A program made the position numbers and the translations under genes. This document shows, one piece after another, positions 51,270 to 60,950 of a stretch of DNA of 64,000 nt. The stretch's first letter is position 1, and each line of letters opens with the position of its first letter. Source of the stretch: Giardia intestinalis (Eukaryota); the NCBI GenBank assembly GCA_000002435.2, contig CM018791.1; one strand, written 5' to 3'. The notes beneath the pieces are model-generated. The model saw nothing but the letters and a program-made list of their open reading frames with translations. It did not search any database and was not told where the DNA came from.

Positions 51270-54200
51270 ATGATGACCTCTATGCGCCAGCTGGGCAAGA
51301 ATAGACACTATAGAACGCAATCTCCGGTCTCTGTGGGCTTCGACTTCGGAGACACTATCCCTGAGTTGACGTTCCGGGCGACAGATTGGCTCTTCGCTCA
51401 CCTTCCAGCTTGTGCAGGCCACTCTCAGATGGTGTGCCCCGGAGCCATGCTGGTTGGAAATATGACTGAAAAGCAACTCAGTAAGCTTCGACGGACCATT
51501 TTTGTCTTCCAGGCAGACGGGGTCCTGTTCTCGAGTATTGAGGTTGTGCTTGCAGATGAGCATTTAGATGTCTTGGGATTCTGGCACCTAGAAAGCACTA
51601 GTGATTTACTGGTTGTCTATAAACAAGGGCTTGCACGCGTTTTTACCCTTAAAGGCTGGAGGCTACGAGAATTGCGTCTCTTCAAGAACCCGAAGACACA
51701 GACGTCTGTTCTTGCGGCGAGCTTCGCCAAGGACTCCTTTATTGCTCTGTTTAATGAAGGCACTCTAGTGTTCTACGAGAACCTCGCTGGAGCCATATTT
51801 TCCTCCAAGCAACCGCGCTCCCGCTCCATACGGCCGCCAATCCTGTCAACCATATTTGCTGGCGGGGCCCCGCAAGCAAATGATGTAGCGTTTTTGCGCC
51901 TGGTCAATGGCTCTGAAGAGTCTATGGACACAAAGTTTGTTATTCTAGCTACTACCCCTGAAAGCGACCCTGATCCACGTTTGATATTCTTCCCTTTAAA
52001 TACACAATCTATTGAGTCGTATTGTTACACTAGTTCAGAGCTTTGTAAAGCCGTTCAGCTGAGCCCCGGTTCCGTTCTCTTCACGAATGCCGTATTACAC
52101 CACAGTTGCGACTGTGTTATAGTGATTGATGAGTACTCATTGTCTTTGGTCGTGATTAACATATTGTCTCTGCGCAAGGACTTTGCCACAGGTGCCCCAC
52201 GACTCCAGCTTTTCTTTTCGGTGCCATCCGCTGGAGAAAGGTCCATTCAGGTCAACCGAGCAGCAGGTCTTTCGGGGCTCCACAGCTCTGCTTTCCTCTG
52301 TTCTTTCTGTGATATTTTGCCTTGCTATTATGATAACTATGGCGGTGACGGTGAAATACGCATCATAATTCCGACCTCTGCTCGCGATCCGAAGGAGGTT
52401 CGCCTGGAGAGCTTGGAAGCTTCCAGTGTATTTTATATGGAAGGGTTATTGAGTGGGTTGCTCTACAAACAAGATGACCCCGATGAAGCTGCCACAATGC
52501 ACTTTGTTCGACTTAACCAAGATCTTTATAATATTGAGACTAGCGCCGAGAACCACCCTGGGGCACTTTTATATCAAATCTCTACGCAGCTACGCAATGC
52601 CAAACAACATGGTTCGAGCTATGATGTCAAGGAAGTCTCATCAAACATGTTACTCCAGATTCTTGAGCCCCAAATGAACGTGGCAGTCACAAGTGTCTTA
52701 CATGCTATTTCATCCATCGATGATTGCAAGCAACAAATGGAATACTTGAGTGCAGCAGCTTTAGGGAAGCTCTTCCTCAAGGCAGACGAGTTCCTGAGCA
52801 TAACGGAGCAGTATGATGACACGCGTCGCCGTCTGCGTGTGCTTGGGGACTTCAATCGACATACTGTTGGTGGAGCGCTGCCTGCCGAAGACTTTTTCGG
52901 CAGATATGCGGTCCACACCTTAGTGGGATACTACTCGTCCCGCGGAGATCATGAGCGTGCGCTACGGACTACTCTCTATTTCTATAATAATAGCGAGGAA
53001 GCCATCAATCTCACATTTACCGTTCTCATGCGCCTTGCGGTTGACTATTTTCTCAATCCTGCTTACTTAAAGCAAGACGAGAGGAACATCATTAAGGTGC
53101 TCGACATCAATCTGGGACGCTTCCCCACTGTGACCGGAATCTATAGAAAATTGATTGACTTTCTGGTCTCTTTAGAGTGTTATCCGCGAAACGAACTGAT
53201 ACTGACTCTGATCGATAAGGAGCCTGCGATCTACGATCGTATAGCATTACTCCTCACAACCAGGAACTATAGAAAGGCAGCAGAGCTTTGCCTACAATGT
53301 GGAGTTGCAAGCTCTTTGACACACCTCGGCTATATGCTCTGCAGAGACAAGGATATAGGGGGCTACGACATGAATGCAGCACTCACCGTATTTCTTAGGA
53401 TGTTCTCGCAACAGCAATCGCCTCAGGATCACTCAATTCAGACAAGCCTTTTCACCTGTCTCCTTCACATGATGATCACAGTCCTGGAAGCAGAACGGAA
53501 TCTACCACAATTGTCCACCTCTGAGCAGAGCACTGCCCTCACCCCTGCGTGGGTTAACTATGAGTTCTTTATTAAGCTATCCAAGTCACTGTCGCTGGAA
53601 ACGGAAACCACACTGGTAATGCTTACAGCACTGTTCCACAGCTCTGCCTTTGGTGGTGACTGCAATACTATTATAGATGCTTTGCACACCCACGCCACTC
53701 CGCCACGCGCATACCAAGTCACATGCGACAATCTATTGCGTGCCAAGAGGTTTATTACATGCTTTATGGATGACGATGTCGTGGAAGCTAAGGACAAAAG
53801 CAAGAAGTCTAAGGAGAGAGCGCGTGGTGGTGTAGATCCAAATAGCTCTAGCAGCCAACTAAAGTCCGTCACAGAGGTAATGAATGACACTGGAAGACAG
53901 ATTTTTAGGCATTCTTTTGCTATGCTTGCAGGTGATGTTGGAAGCGACTCTGCGAGCAAAAGTACTAAAAAGTTTTCTATTACTGATCTTCCTAAAGCCA
54001 GAGAGCTCAAAAAGCACATTACAGGTGACTTCAAGAAGGACGTCTCAGCCGAACTAGTGTATTTGTCTGTCTGTGAGGGCTTTGTTATGGCAGCGTCTAA
54101 AGAAAATGCACAGTCACCTATCAATGTAAAGACTATGAGGCTGCTTATGGATGCCTTGCACGAGTTCTGCACATCAATAATTCCCAGTAAGGTTCTTGCT

Positions 54201-54467
54201 GTCATTGCATACCCTCTTCTTACCGTAATAGAACAAACCCTTTCAACAGAAGTGCATATCACACAGTCTAATATCTACAGAGAGTTGTATGGATTGCTCG
54301 ATCCTGTCTCCAGAGCCAGGGCTGCATTGCGGTCTGGCAAGGCAGATGAGCTTGCTGCTGCGCTAGAGAGTGTTGGATTAGCAGACATGGAGCCCTTCAG
54401 CATAGCCTCCATGTCACTGTCAGCAGAGCTACAGGCAGTAATAATGAAGGCGCGCTCTCTTAAGTAG
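51270..54467 (+). CDS. Hypothetical 1065-aa protein: beta-rich N-terminal region followed by long alpha-helical solenoid (tethering/coat-like architecture)
   Basis: ATG at 51270. N-terminal ~350 aa have alternating hydrophobic strands (VFQADGVLFSSIEVVLADEHLDVLGFWHLE...), followed by helical repeats. An AGTAAAC poly(A)-type motif lies 4 nt after the stop. Confidence 0.5.
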   Translation: MMTSMRQLGKNRHYRTQSPVSVGFDFGDTIPELTFRATDWLFAHLPACAGHSQMVCPGAMLVGNMTEKQLSKLRRTIFVFQADGVLFSSIEVVLADEHLDVLGFWHLESTSDLLVVYKQGLARVFTLKGWRLRELRLFKNPKTQTSVLAASFAKDSFIALFNEGTLVFYENLAGAIFSSKQPRSRSIRPPILSTIFAGGAPQANDVAFLRLVNGSEESMDTKFVILATTPESDPDPRLIFFPLNTQSIESYCYTSSELCKAVQLSPGSVLFTNAVLHHSCDCVIVIDEYSLSLVVINILSLRKDFATGAPRLQLFFSVPSAGERSIQVNRAAGLSGLHSSAFLCSFCDILPCYYDNYGGDGEIRIIIPTSARDPKEVRLESLEASSVFYMEGLLSGLLYKQDDPDEAATMHFVRLNQDLYNIETSAENHPGALLYQISTQLRNAKQHGSSYDVKEVSSNMLLQILEPQMNVAVTSVLHAISSIDDCKQQMEYLSAAALGKLFLKADEFLSITEQYDDTRRRLRVLGDFNRHTVGGALPAEDFFGRYAVHTLVGYYSSRGDHERALRTTLYFYNNSEEAINLTFTVLMRLAVDYFLNPAYLKQDERNIIKVLDINLGRFPTVTGIYRKLIDFLVSLECYPRNELILTLIDKEPAIYDRIALLLTTRNYRKAAELCLQCGVASSLTHLGYMLCRDKDIGGYDMNAALTVFLRMFSQQQSPQDHSIQTSLFTCLLHMMITVLEAERNLPQLSTSEQSTALTPAWVNYEFFIKLSKSLSLETETTLVMLTALFHSSAFGGDCNTIIDALHTHATPPRAYQVTCDNLLRAKRFITCFMDDDVVEAKDKSKKSKERARGGVDPNSSSSQLKSVTEVMNDTGRQIFRHSFAMLAGDVGSDSASKSTKKFSITDLPKARELKKHITGDFKKDVSAELVYLSVCEGFVMAASKENAQSPINVKTMRLLMDALHEFCTSIIPSKVLAVIAYPLLTVIEQTLSTEVHITQSNIYRELYGLLDPVSRARAALRSGKADELAAALESVGLADMEPFSIASMSLSAELQAVIMKARSLK

Positions 54468-54470
54468 CCT

Positions 54471-54477
54471 AGTAAAC
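54471..54477 (+). promoter_or_regulatory. Putative poly(A) signal AGTAAAC 4 nt after the stop
   Basis: ttaagTAGcctAGTAAACtactc. Confidence 0.45.
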
Positions 54478-54690
54478 TACTCTTTCCCCCAATCCGCCAT
54501 AAGCTGAGCTTCACGCAAAGCCATGGAGTGGCAAGAATCTTAAAAGCTATGGAGCACAGGACTTCACGGGAATCTAGAACCTTATCCTGGAGCTCTTGTC
54601 TTTCCCCGCCTGTAGCCGTACTGTCGGGTTCTACCTCTGGTAAATTTACCCACTATCAAAATTCTTTGTGGGCGCTGAGAATCCTGGTAG

Positions 54691-55392
54691 ATGCTGAGCC
54701 GCCTACAGAAGAATGGCCAGTTAGTCACTGATAGGCCAAATCAGACACATGACGCAGTTGTTCTGTTACAAAGGAAGGTGACTGATTTGTCGCAGATCCT
54801 TTCACAGGTCATGGGGCAGCTGGAAGTCCAAAGCGACGAGATCTCCCGCTTGAAAGAACGATGCTCAGTAATGGAAGGTTGCAACAAAGATCTCCAGGCA
54901 CGTGCAGATGTGTCGGAAAGAACTGCAGAGAAATTGCAAAAGGCTGTCTTGAGGGTAACAAAGGGCCTAACTGAGGTGGCCAACTCTACGTTTATTCCCT
55001 CTTCTGGCGCACCTGACCCAACAACGAATGGAGACCGCAGGCCACTGCTTCAGTCTAATCCATCAACAACGTTAGGTGCCGGCACCAAACGCGCTGCCTC
55101 CGGCAGATCATCTACTCAAAAATCACGAAGGTCTGTTTCAATAGATGAAGTTCCTAGCGTAGAAAACGAAAGAATGGGTCTAAACCATGGACCAGATGCT
55201 CCTGTACCCAGCAACCTACGGAGCCAGACCCTCAAGCTATCTCATCTAAACACAACCGCAGCACCACCTGCACAGGGAACCAATCAAAGCACCGCAAAAG
55301 GGCCGCCATCTTATGCCAGCGTCGTTCAGAATATCAATACGCGCCATGTAACAGCTGACGGCAGAGTCCTTGAGCGGATAAAGCTAATTTAG
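54691..55392 (+). CDS. Coiled-coil hypothetical protein (233 aa) with S/T/P-rich C-terminal half
   Basis: ATG at 54691 immediately follows an in-frame TAG. The N-terminal heptad-like segment is VTDLSQILSQVMGQLEVQSDEISRLKERCSVMEG...AEKLQKAVLRV. The start-codon context is not AT-rich, so the true start is uncertain. Confidence 0.35.
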   Translation: MLSRLQKNGQLVTDRPNQTHDAVVLLQRKVTDLSQILSQVMGQLEVQSDEISRLKERCSVMEGCNKDLQARADVSERTAEKLQKAVLRVTKGLTEVANSTFIPSSGAPDPTTNGDRRPLLQSNPSTTLGAGTKRAASGRSSTQKSRRSVSIDEVPSVENERMGLNHGPDAPVPSNLRSQTLKLSHLNTTAAPPAQGTNQSTAKGPPSYASVVQNINTRHVTADGRVLERIKLI

Positions 55393-55559
55393 TTTGATAA
55401 TAATTTAATCTGGTAAGTTTCAGTGTTTGCCATATGCAGTCGATAGTAGCGGTCTATAAATATAGACACAGATGCCTTGCAGCTTACGCTTCCGTATCTC
55501 ATATAGCCGAACTGAGAACAAACTCTTTGAATCAAAGTTTTGGCCACAAATCTGTATTT

Positions 55560-56693
55560 CTATTCATATATGAAGCACCCTCGTGAGGCATTATCTGGTG
55601 CCGAGTCTCTGGTTAGGTCACTCTGCGTACCCTCGAGCTTTTCTGAAGAGCACTCCCACCTGTCTGCAAAGATAGAAACAGATTCGAAAGCATCGTCGTC
55701 ATATGGGCTGCAGGAGATCTTCCTGTCAGAGCACCTGTCATTGGCTTCTTCCCTCTTCTGTCTGGCAGACTTCAAATGGGCGTATCTGGATTGCCTACGG
55801 GATATGTGGAGCTCTAACGCTTCTTGTTCACACTTAAAGCAGCTCCATTTTAGAATTATAAACAGCAGCCTAAGTGGGCCCGGGGATTTGTAGAACGAGT
55901 GAACATTCCACAAAAGCATGCACTTATAAAGAGGAATTTCCCAAAGGAAGCAGTCGCCTATGCGCTTCTCATCTGATGTTCTAGCGAAGATGTCTGGTGG
56001 AGGAAGTGGGGTGGTCACACACTTTGTGAGGGATGGAGAAGGGACCAGTCCGACTGGTCCGGACATATAAATGTCCTCGGTGATACCTGGGTATGGTCTA
56101 ATTCCGTGGCAACTGAGTGCAAGGGCGATAGAAGACGGCTCTATTGTTGAGTTTATCACGCGCTCTGTACTGTTTTCTTGACATATCTTCACAGACACGT
56201 CATGCAAAGAAGACAGTGAGCTATAAGAAACAAAAATAGACAACCTGACTGTGTACCTCTGCTCTGGTTGCACTTCTGTGCCACGCTTTTCTGTGAGCTC
56301 GTTGATGCTCCCCATTAGCTCTAGACACTCTAAGAAGGTGCTATTCGGCCTGGAGTGATGGTACGATCCATAGACAGTAATGTATAGTAAGAAGTCCGCT
56401 GTCCTAAGATAATCTAAGAGGTCAGACAAGGCATCCTTCATGGTGGCGAGGTTCTTGGATCGTGAATCAGAAGATGTGTTGGGGGAAAACAGACCGTAGA
56501 GAACAAGTGAGAGGCACTGAATTCTAAACGAAACAAAGAGGCGGACGTGTTGGAGAAGACAACATGGGAATAAATCGTAATTGTGCTGAAAACTGGATCT
56601 TCCAGTGCCATCTGCCACAATGACAATGTGTTGGGGTAGCTCCGTGGGCAGTTGACGCCGGATAAACTCTGTTAGCATGGAACCAACCCCCAT
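55560..56693 (-). CDS. Hypothetical protein; N-terminus weakly resembles cis-prenyltransferase (UPPS/NgBR) fold
   Basis: 377-aa ORF. PQHIVIVADGTGRSSF resembles the cis-IPTase HxAxIxDGNRR block, and LLYITVYGS resembles LTVYAFS. These are weak matches. The last ~110 codons overlap an ORF on the opposite strand (55540..55893). Confidence 0.35.
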   Translation of the reverse strand: MGVGSMLTEFIRRQLPTELPQHIVIVADGTGRSSFQHNYDLFPCCLLQHVRLFVSFRIQCLSLVLYGLFSPNTSSDSRSKNLATMKDALSDLLDYLRTADFLLYITVYGSYHHSRPNSTFLECLELMGSINELTEKRGTEVQPEQRYTVRLSIFVSYSSLSSLHDVSVKICQENSTERVINSTIEPSSIALALSCHGIRPYPGITEDIYMSGPVGLVPSPSLTKCVTTPLPPPDIFARTSDEKRIGDCFLWEIPLYKCMLLWNVHSFYKSPGPLRLLFIILKWSCFKCEQEALELHISRRQSRYAHLKSARQKREEANDRCSDRKISCSPYDDDAFESVSIFADRWECSSEKLEGTQSDLTRDSAPDNASRGCFIYE

Positions 56694-56729
56694 TTCAGCA
56701 AGTCGCGTGTCCAGTCCAGAACGGGTTTT

Positions 56730-59700
56730 TCATAAATATTTCCCCATCATCTCCTGCAACATAGGGTCTGAAAATTTGCCATAGAGCAGTGAAAGCGCTC
56801 GGTTGAGCACACGGCTTGTTGATCTGTGACCCATGAGGTTTAGGTTTAAGGACTCACAGATAGATATAATTACATTAAGCTCTTCTATTGAAAAATTAGT
56901 ATCAATCCCAAGGCATGCTTCGCACATGGAGATGACATCTGCGTATACTTGGATAAAGAAGGGGTCGGCAATGTTAGGGTAGAAACGTTCTACAATTGCC
57001 ACAAACGCCTTGTAAATGGCTGAATCACGCCAGACGTGCCTACAGTCATTACAGCTATAGTTTGTAATCAAGTCAGCTGATGCATGAAGAATGGGGGTGT
57101 CTATGGACGCCTCTATCTCATCTTCAACAGATGGCTGGCCGTCTAAACGCTGCGTGATAAGTCCAGAGAAAGCAGATAGGCATGGAGCTACTGTGGTAAG
57201 CGCAGTGATGTCGGAGACATATGTATTTAGCTCCACAAGGCACTCTTGGGCATAGTTGTTAGTATATGTTGGACAAATGGAGTCCGTGCTCATATATTTG
57301 TAAAGTTCTATGGCTCTTCCAGCCCCGAATTTGATATTCTTCTCTACCGACTGATCATAGATGGGAATGTTCTGCTGAGGTATCCCAAATTGTTCCAACG
57401 AGTTCGTGGCGTCTGTTTTACTTGTGCATAATTGAGTAGCAGATGAAGGATGCTCTAGCGTATTGCTTATGTGAAGATAGGAGTGTGCTGCATACATAGT
57501 TGTACACTTAGACCAGGGGGAGCTAGTCAGTATTTTGTCCTGAGTGACAGAGTGAAGAAAAACATGAAGTGGATTAGAGTAGAGATTGATTGCTAAAGAA
57601 CATGGATAGCTAGTGTTTGCTTTCTGAGTGTTTAATAGGATTCCTTTGAGGGCCAAAAGGGAGAATTGAATTGCATTTGAATCACTAGGATTGCTTGTTT
57701 TCAAAGAAATGGAAACCTTTTCTAATAAACAACCAACAAGAGTAGAGTATTCGAGCATGCAGTGTGTCCTTAGCTTGCTCAGCAATCGCTTCCACCACTC
57801 CACATGTATGCTGTGGAGTTGTGAAGAGTCGGAGAACGAAGGTGTGTTGATATCTGACGCGATTGTAAGTAGATTGATGTGTAGTAGACGTGTATACCGA
57901 TGGTACAGAAGTACAAGCTTGTGGTTGAGGCGCAGGAGTCTGGCCTCATATAGACATGCACACATGTCTTTAGGGCGAGGGTGGCACAGATTGATGGCCA
58001 GCTGAGATAAATCAACCGTTAAGTCAAGTTGTCGTTGAAGTAGCATGTCAAAAGCCGCAAACGTTACCTTAGTAGACCATCCCTCAGCACTGGAACAATA
58101 TGAAGGAATGACGGAGTATCGCCAAGATCTGGACAGGTGGCAAATTTCGTCGATGTCTTTAAGGTAAAACGTATAGCTCGGCTGTGGGATGCACTTAAGA
58201 AGACCGGTAAGATCTATAGTGGACTGCATTGGAAAGTTAATAGATCCACTTATCGGGCGGCTCAAATAAGTTAGCTCAAGAGAGAGACTAGCACAGTCAC
58301 TTTCTAAAGACTTTTGCTCCAGGTCCTTTGCTTCAATCATGGGAGTAAACTGAGATGTGAGTTTAGAAGACATTGACTTTTTGCTTACCACAGAAGTCAC
58401 ACTACTATCAAGATCCGCTGCTTGCTTCTGTTTCTTCCTTTTTCTCTGGAATTGTGAAAGCAAGACCTTCCGCTGTGAGACGAGGGTGTCGATAGATAAT
58501 TCTTTGTGCCTAGGTCCTGAGCGTTTCTGAGGTGGCTGCTCGTCTAGTTCATCAAAGGCTGTTGTATCTGCCACGCTGGTGGTAACGGTACTTGTTAGGA
58601 AATTATCAGGAGAATCATTGACACTGTGCACTTCCGAGTGCAGTGCATTGAGATCGGTAAGTGTTGGCGGCGCAACGACAATAGGAGGAATGCTCGGCTC
58701 ACCAGGACTACGGGGTTCGTCTGTGTAGTCAGTCTGGCAAGTGTGCATAGCACTGGGAATGCGTGCAGGATTGGCAAGACGCCGAGAGGTGCTAAGGTTG
58801 GTAGCGGATACATCCTGGTGAGTATGGGGAGACGGGGTGCTATCTGTGGCCTTTGAAGTAGTTCTTGCAAGTGTGCTTGCCCCAGATTTCGGGTCGTTCA
58901 AAGCTAGCGTTATAAGTGACGAAAGAAGTGAAGTAGGGTGCAATGAATCCATACCCACGTCCGGGTAGTTTTCCTTATTAAGACCGGTCCACCCGCAAAG
59001 GGCCTCAACATCTAACTTTGGGGCTTCAGGTAGGCCTGCTATTTGTCTAACACGTGTATGCATATATACGCTAGCCAATTCAGCATATGAAATAAAGCCA
59101 AAGGGAGTATCTGCGTAGCCTCCAGACCCACTCATAGGAGATATAACATATTCCAACATACGATCTATCGTCGTTCGAGCCGCATGCATATCTGTTAGTA
59201 TTTGCTCCTTGCTTAGGTCAACTAATGACAAGGCCATGTAGTGAAGAAGATACTGTGCCTGCGACTGGTATTTAGAAATGTAGCTGGATACCGGAGGGAG
59301 CTTCGAAAACTGCTTTAGTGCATAGTAGGCTTGAAAATTACAGACCTGAAATGGTAACAGTGCAGAGTAGGCAATGTACATGGATCCATAAGATGGTAAT
59401 GCGACAATAACAAGTTGTGCTGTGCTTAGAGAGAAGGGCTGGATGAAGAGTAGATAGTTGGCGTGCACTAGAAGGATAAACTTATGTAAGGTAGCAGTGA
59501 CATACTCGTAGTTAAAGAGATAAGTAGAGTCGCGTTCTGCTGGTAAAGTCTTTTCATGTGGAGCATTAGCTTGAAACGCTGTCCTAGGTGCATCTTCCGT
59601 CACCTTTTGTAACGGAGTAGCAAGAGAAAATGTGAATATAGATGCAGTGAGGCACGCGCATATCTTAATCATGGTACAGCCTAGAGAGTGGCACGAAAAG

Positions 59701-60569
59701 ATCGCTATAGGCTGTGGGGTAGTCACCAGATCTATCAAGACACTCTTGCACTGTATGGACCCTCTGCTAGGGAACGGGTGCACCTTGTAGCGTGCTGGAA
59801 TGGTGACGGGAAGGCGCCTGATCTCGTTCAATTGATTATTGTACCAGCGATAGAGCCGAAGGACCAGCAGTTGGGTAGACCCTCGGGCATCGAGTTGTCC
59901 CAGCAACCGAGCGTACATGTGTCTCATGCCGTTTACGTCTATGTACTTATTTGCAGCAGTAGGTAGTTCAATAATAAGCACATAGGGTGGAGAACCTTGA
60001 ACATGCAGAGCCTCCCCAAAGATGTGGAGTGAATCAGCCACCGGCCGAATGATAAGTTGCTGAGTTTGCAAGCGGGTGCGCTTAATGAACAGCTTGGTAA
60101 GGACAGGAATATACGTCAATAGCAAAAGATATGAAGAGTCTCCCGGAAAGCATACGTCAGCAGGACTCCGAAGGCGAATGGAGGCGGTGAGTCCTTGCTG
60201 TTTAAGGTTAGTGACCGTTATGGTATACTGATATCGTGCACCCCAATCACGAGTAACAGTTGAAATGGCAAGAAGATGCCCATTGGGAGAAATAGCTGCT
60301 GAAAGTATGCGGCTCGTGGAAGGAAGAGAGGATAAAAGGGTAGCGCTCTTATTATGCTGGTGATCGTGTAATAAGATCTCTGAGAAAATACAGCGCTGAT
60401 TTTGCAGACGGCAAATAATTTCTCGAACCAAAAGAAATCTGGGTGAAGTCTCGGTGCCGACATCAAGAACACATGGTCCAGAGTGAACTCCAATCACCCG
60501 GAGATTTGCAGGACCCTCTGTGGTCCCTGAAGAACGAGGGAAGAGGCGTTCACGCGTTATCGTTAACAT
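56730..60569 (-). CDS. Hypothetical 1279-aa protein
   Basis: Uninterrupted 3.8-kb ORF. ATG at c(60567..60569) follows aaatttttaaagaagag (reverse strand). The central S/T/P/K-rich disordered region includes a KRKKQKQ basic cluster (possible NLS). No recognisable enzymatic motif. Confidence 0.5.
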   Translation of the reverse strand: MLTITRERLFPRSSGTTEGPANLRVIGVHSGPCVLDVGTETSPRFLLVREIICRLQNQRCIFSEILLHDHQHNKSATLLSSLPSTSRILSAAISPNGHLLAISTVTRDWGARYQYTITVTNLKQQGLTASIRLRSPADVCFPGDSSYLLLLTYIPVLTKLFIKRTRLQTQQLIIRPVADSLHIFGEALHVQGSPPYVLIIELPTAANKYIDVNGMRHMYARLLGQLDARGSTQLLVLRLYRWYNNQLNEIRRLPVTIPARYKVHPFPSRGSIQCKSVLIDLVTTPQPIAIFSCHSLGCTMIKICACLTASIFTFSLATPLQKVTEDAPRTAFQANAPHEKTLPAERDSTYLFNYEYVTATLHKFILLVHANYLLFIQPFSLSTAQLVIVALPSYGSMYIAYSALLPFQVCNFQAYYALKQFSKLPPVSSYISKYQSQAQYLLHYMALSLVDLSKEQILTDMHAARTTIDRMLEYVISPMSGSGGYADTPFGFISYAELASVYMHTRVRQIAGLPEAPKLDVEALCGWTGLNKENYPDVGMDSLHPTSLLSSLITLALNDPKSGASTLARTTSKATDSTPSPHTHQDVSATNLSTSRRLANPARIPSAMHTCQTDYTDEPRSPGEPSIPPIVVAPPTLTDLNALHSEVHSVNDSPDNFLTSTVTTSVADTTAFDELDEQPPQKRSGPRHKELSIDTLVSQRKVLLSQFQRKRKKQKQAADLDSSVTSVVSKKSMSSKLTSQFTPMIEAKDLEQKSLESDCASLSLELTYLSRPISGSINFPMQSTIDLTGLLKCIPQPSYTFYLKDIDEICHLSRSWRYSVIPSYCSSAEGWSTKVTFAAFDMLLQRQLDLTVDLSQLAINLCHPRPKDMCACLYEARLLRLNHKLVLLYHRYTRLLHINLLTIASDINTPSFSDSSQLHSIHVEWWKRLLSKLRTHCMLEYSTLVGCLLEKVSISLKTSNPSDSNAIQFSLLALKGILLNTQKANTSYPCSLAINLYSNPLHVFLHSVTQDKILTSSPWSKCTTMYAAHSYLHISNTLEHPSSATQLCTSKTDATNSLEQFGIPQQNIPIYDQSVEKNIKFGAGRAIELYKYMSTDSICPTYTNNYAQECLVELNTYVSDITALTTVAPCLSAFSGLITQRLDGQPSVEDEIEASIDTPILHASADLITNYSCNDCRHVWRDSAIYKAFVAIVERFYPNIADPFFIQVYADVISMCEACLGIDTNFSIEELNVIISICESLNLNLMGHRSTSRVLNRALSLLYGKFSDPMLQEMMGKYL

Positions 60570-60950
60570 CCTCTTCTTTAAAAATTTGTGCTACTCTACT
60601 CTACCCTATCGTTCTCAGGTAATTAATGATATCATAAAAAACAGAGAGACTTGTTAGTCGTGCACTCTACATAAGCTCAAGCCTAGAATTTAACAGATGT
60701 TTCACGGAGTAGAATGGAACTAATTATATTTGGGATTGATGTTTTATAGGTCTCCTGCTCTTTTTAGAGTTGCACTAAGCTGACGAGGTTTCCTCTTTCT
60801 TTGCTTATGGTTCATGCTTTTCTGACGCTGATTGGATTTGCTTGCAGGTTATTACTGAGCTCTACTACTGTTTCCGCTTCAAGTGAACTTTCTGCCGGCC
60901 GCGTTATACAGTATCATTGAAGATTTGTTATAACAACTATAACTCAAAAA

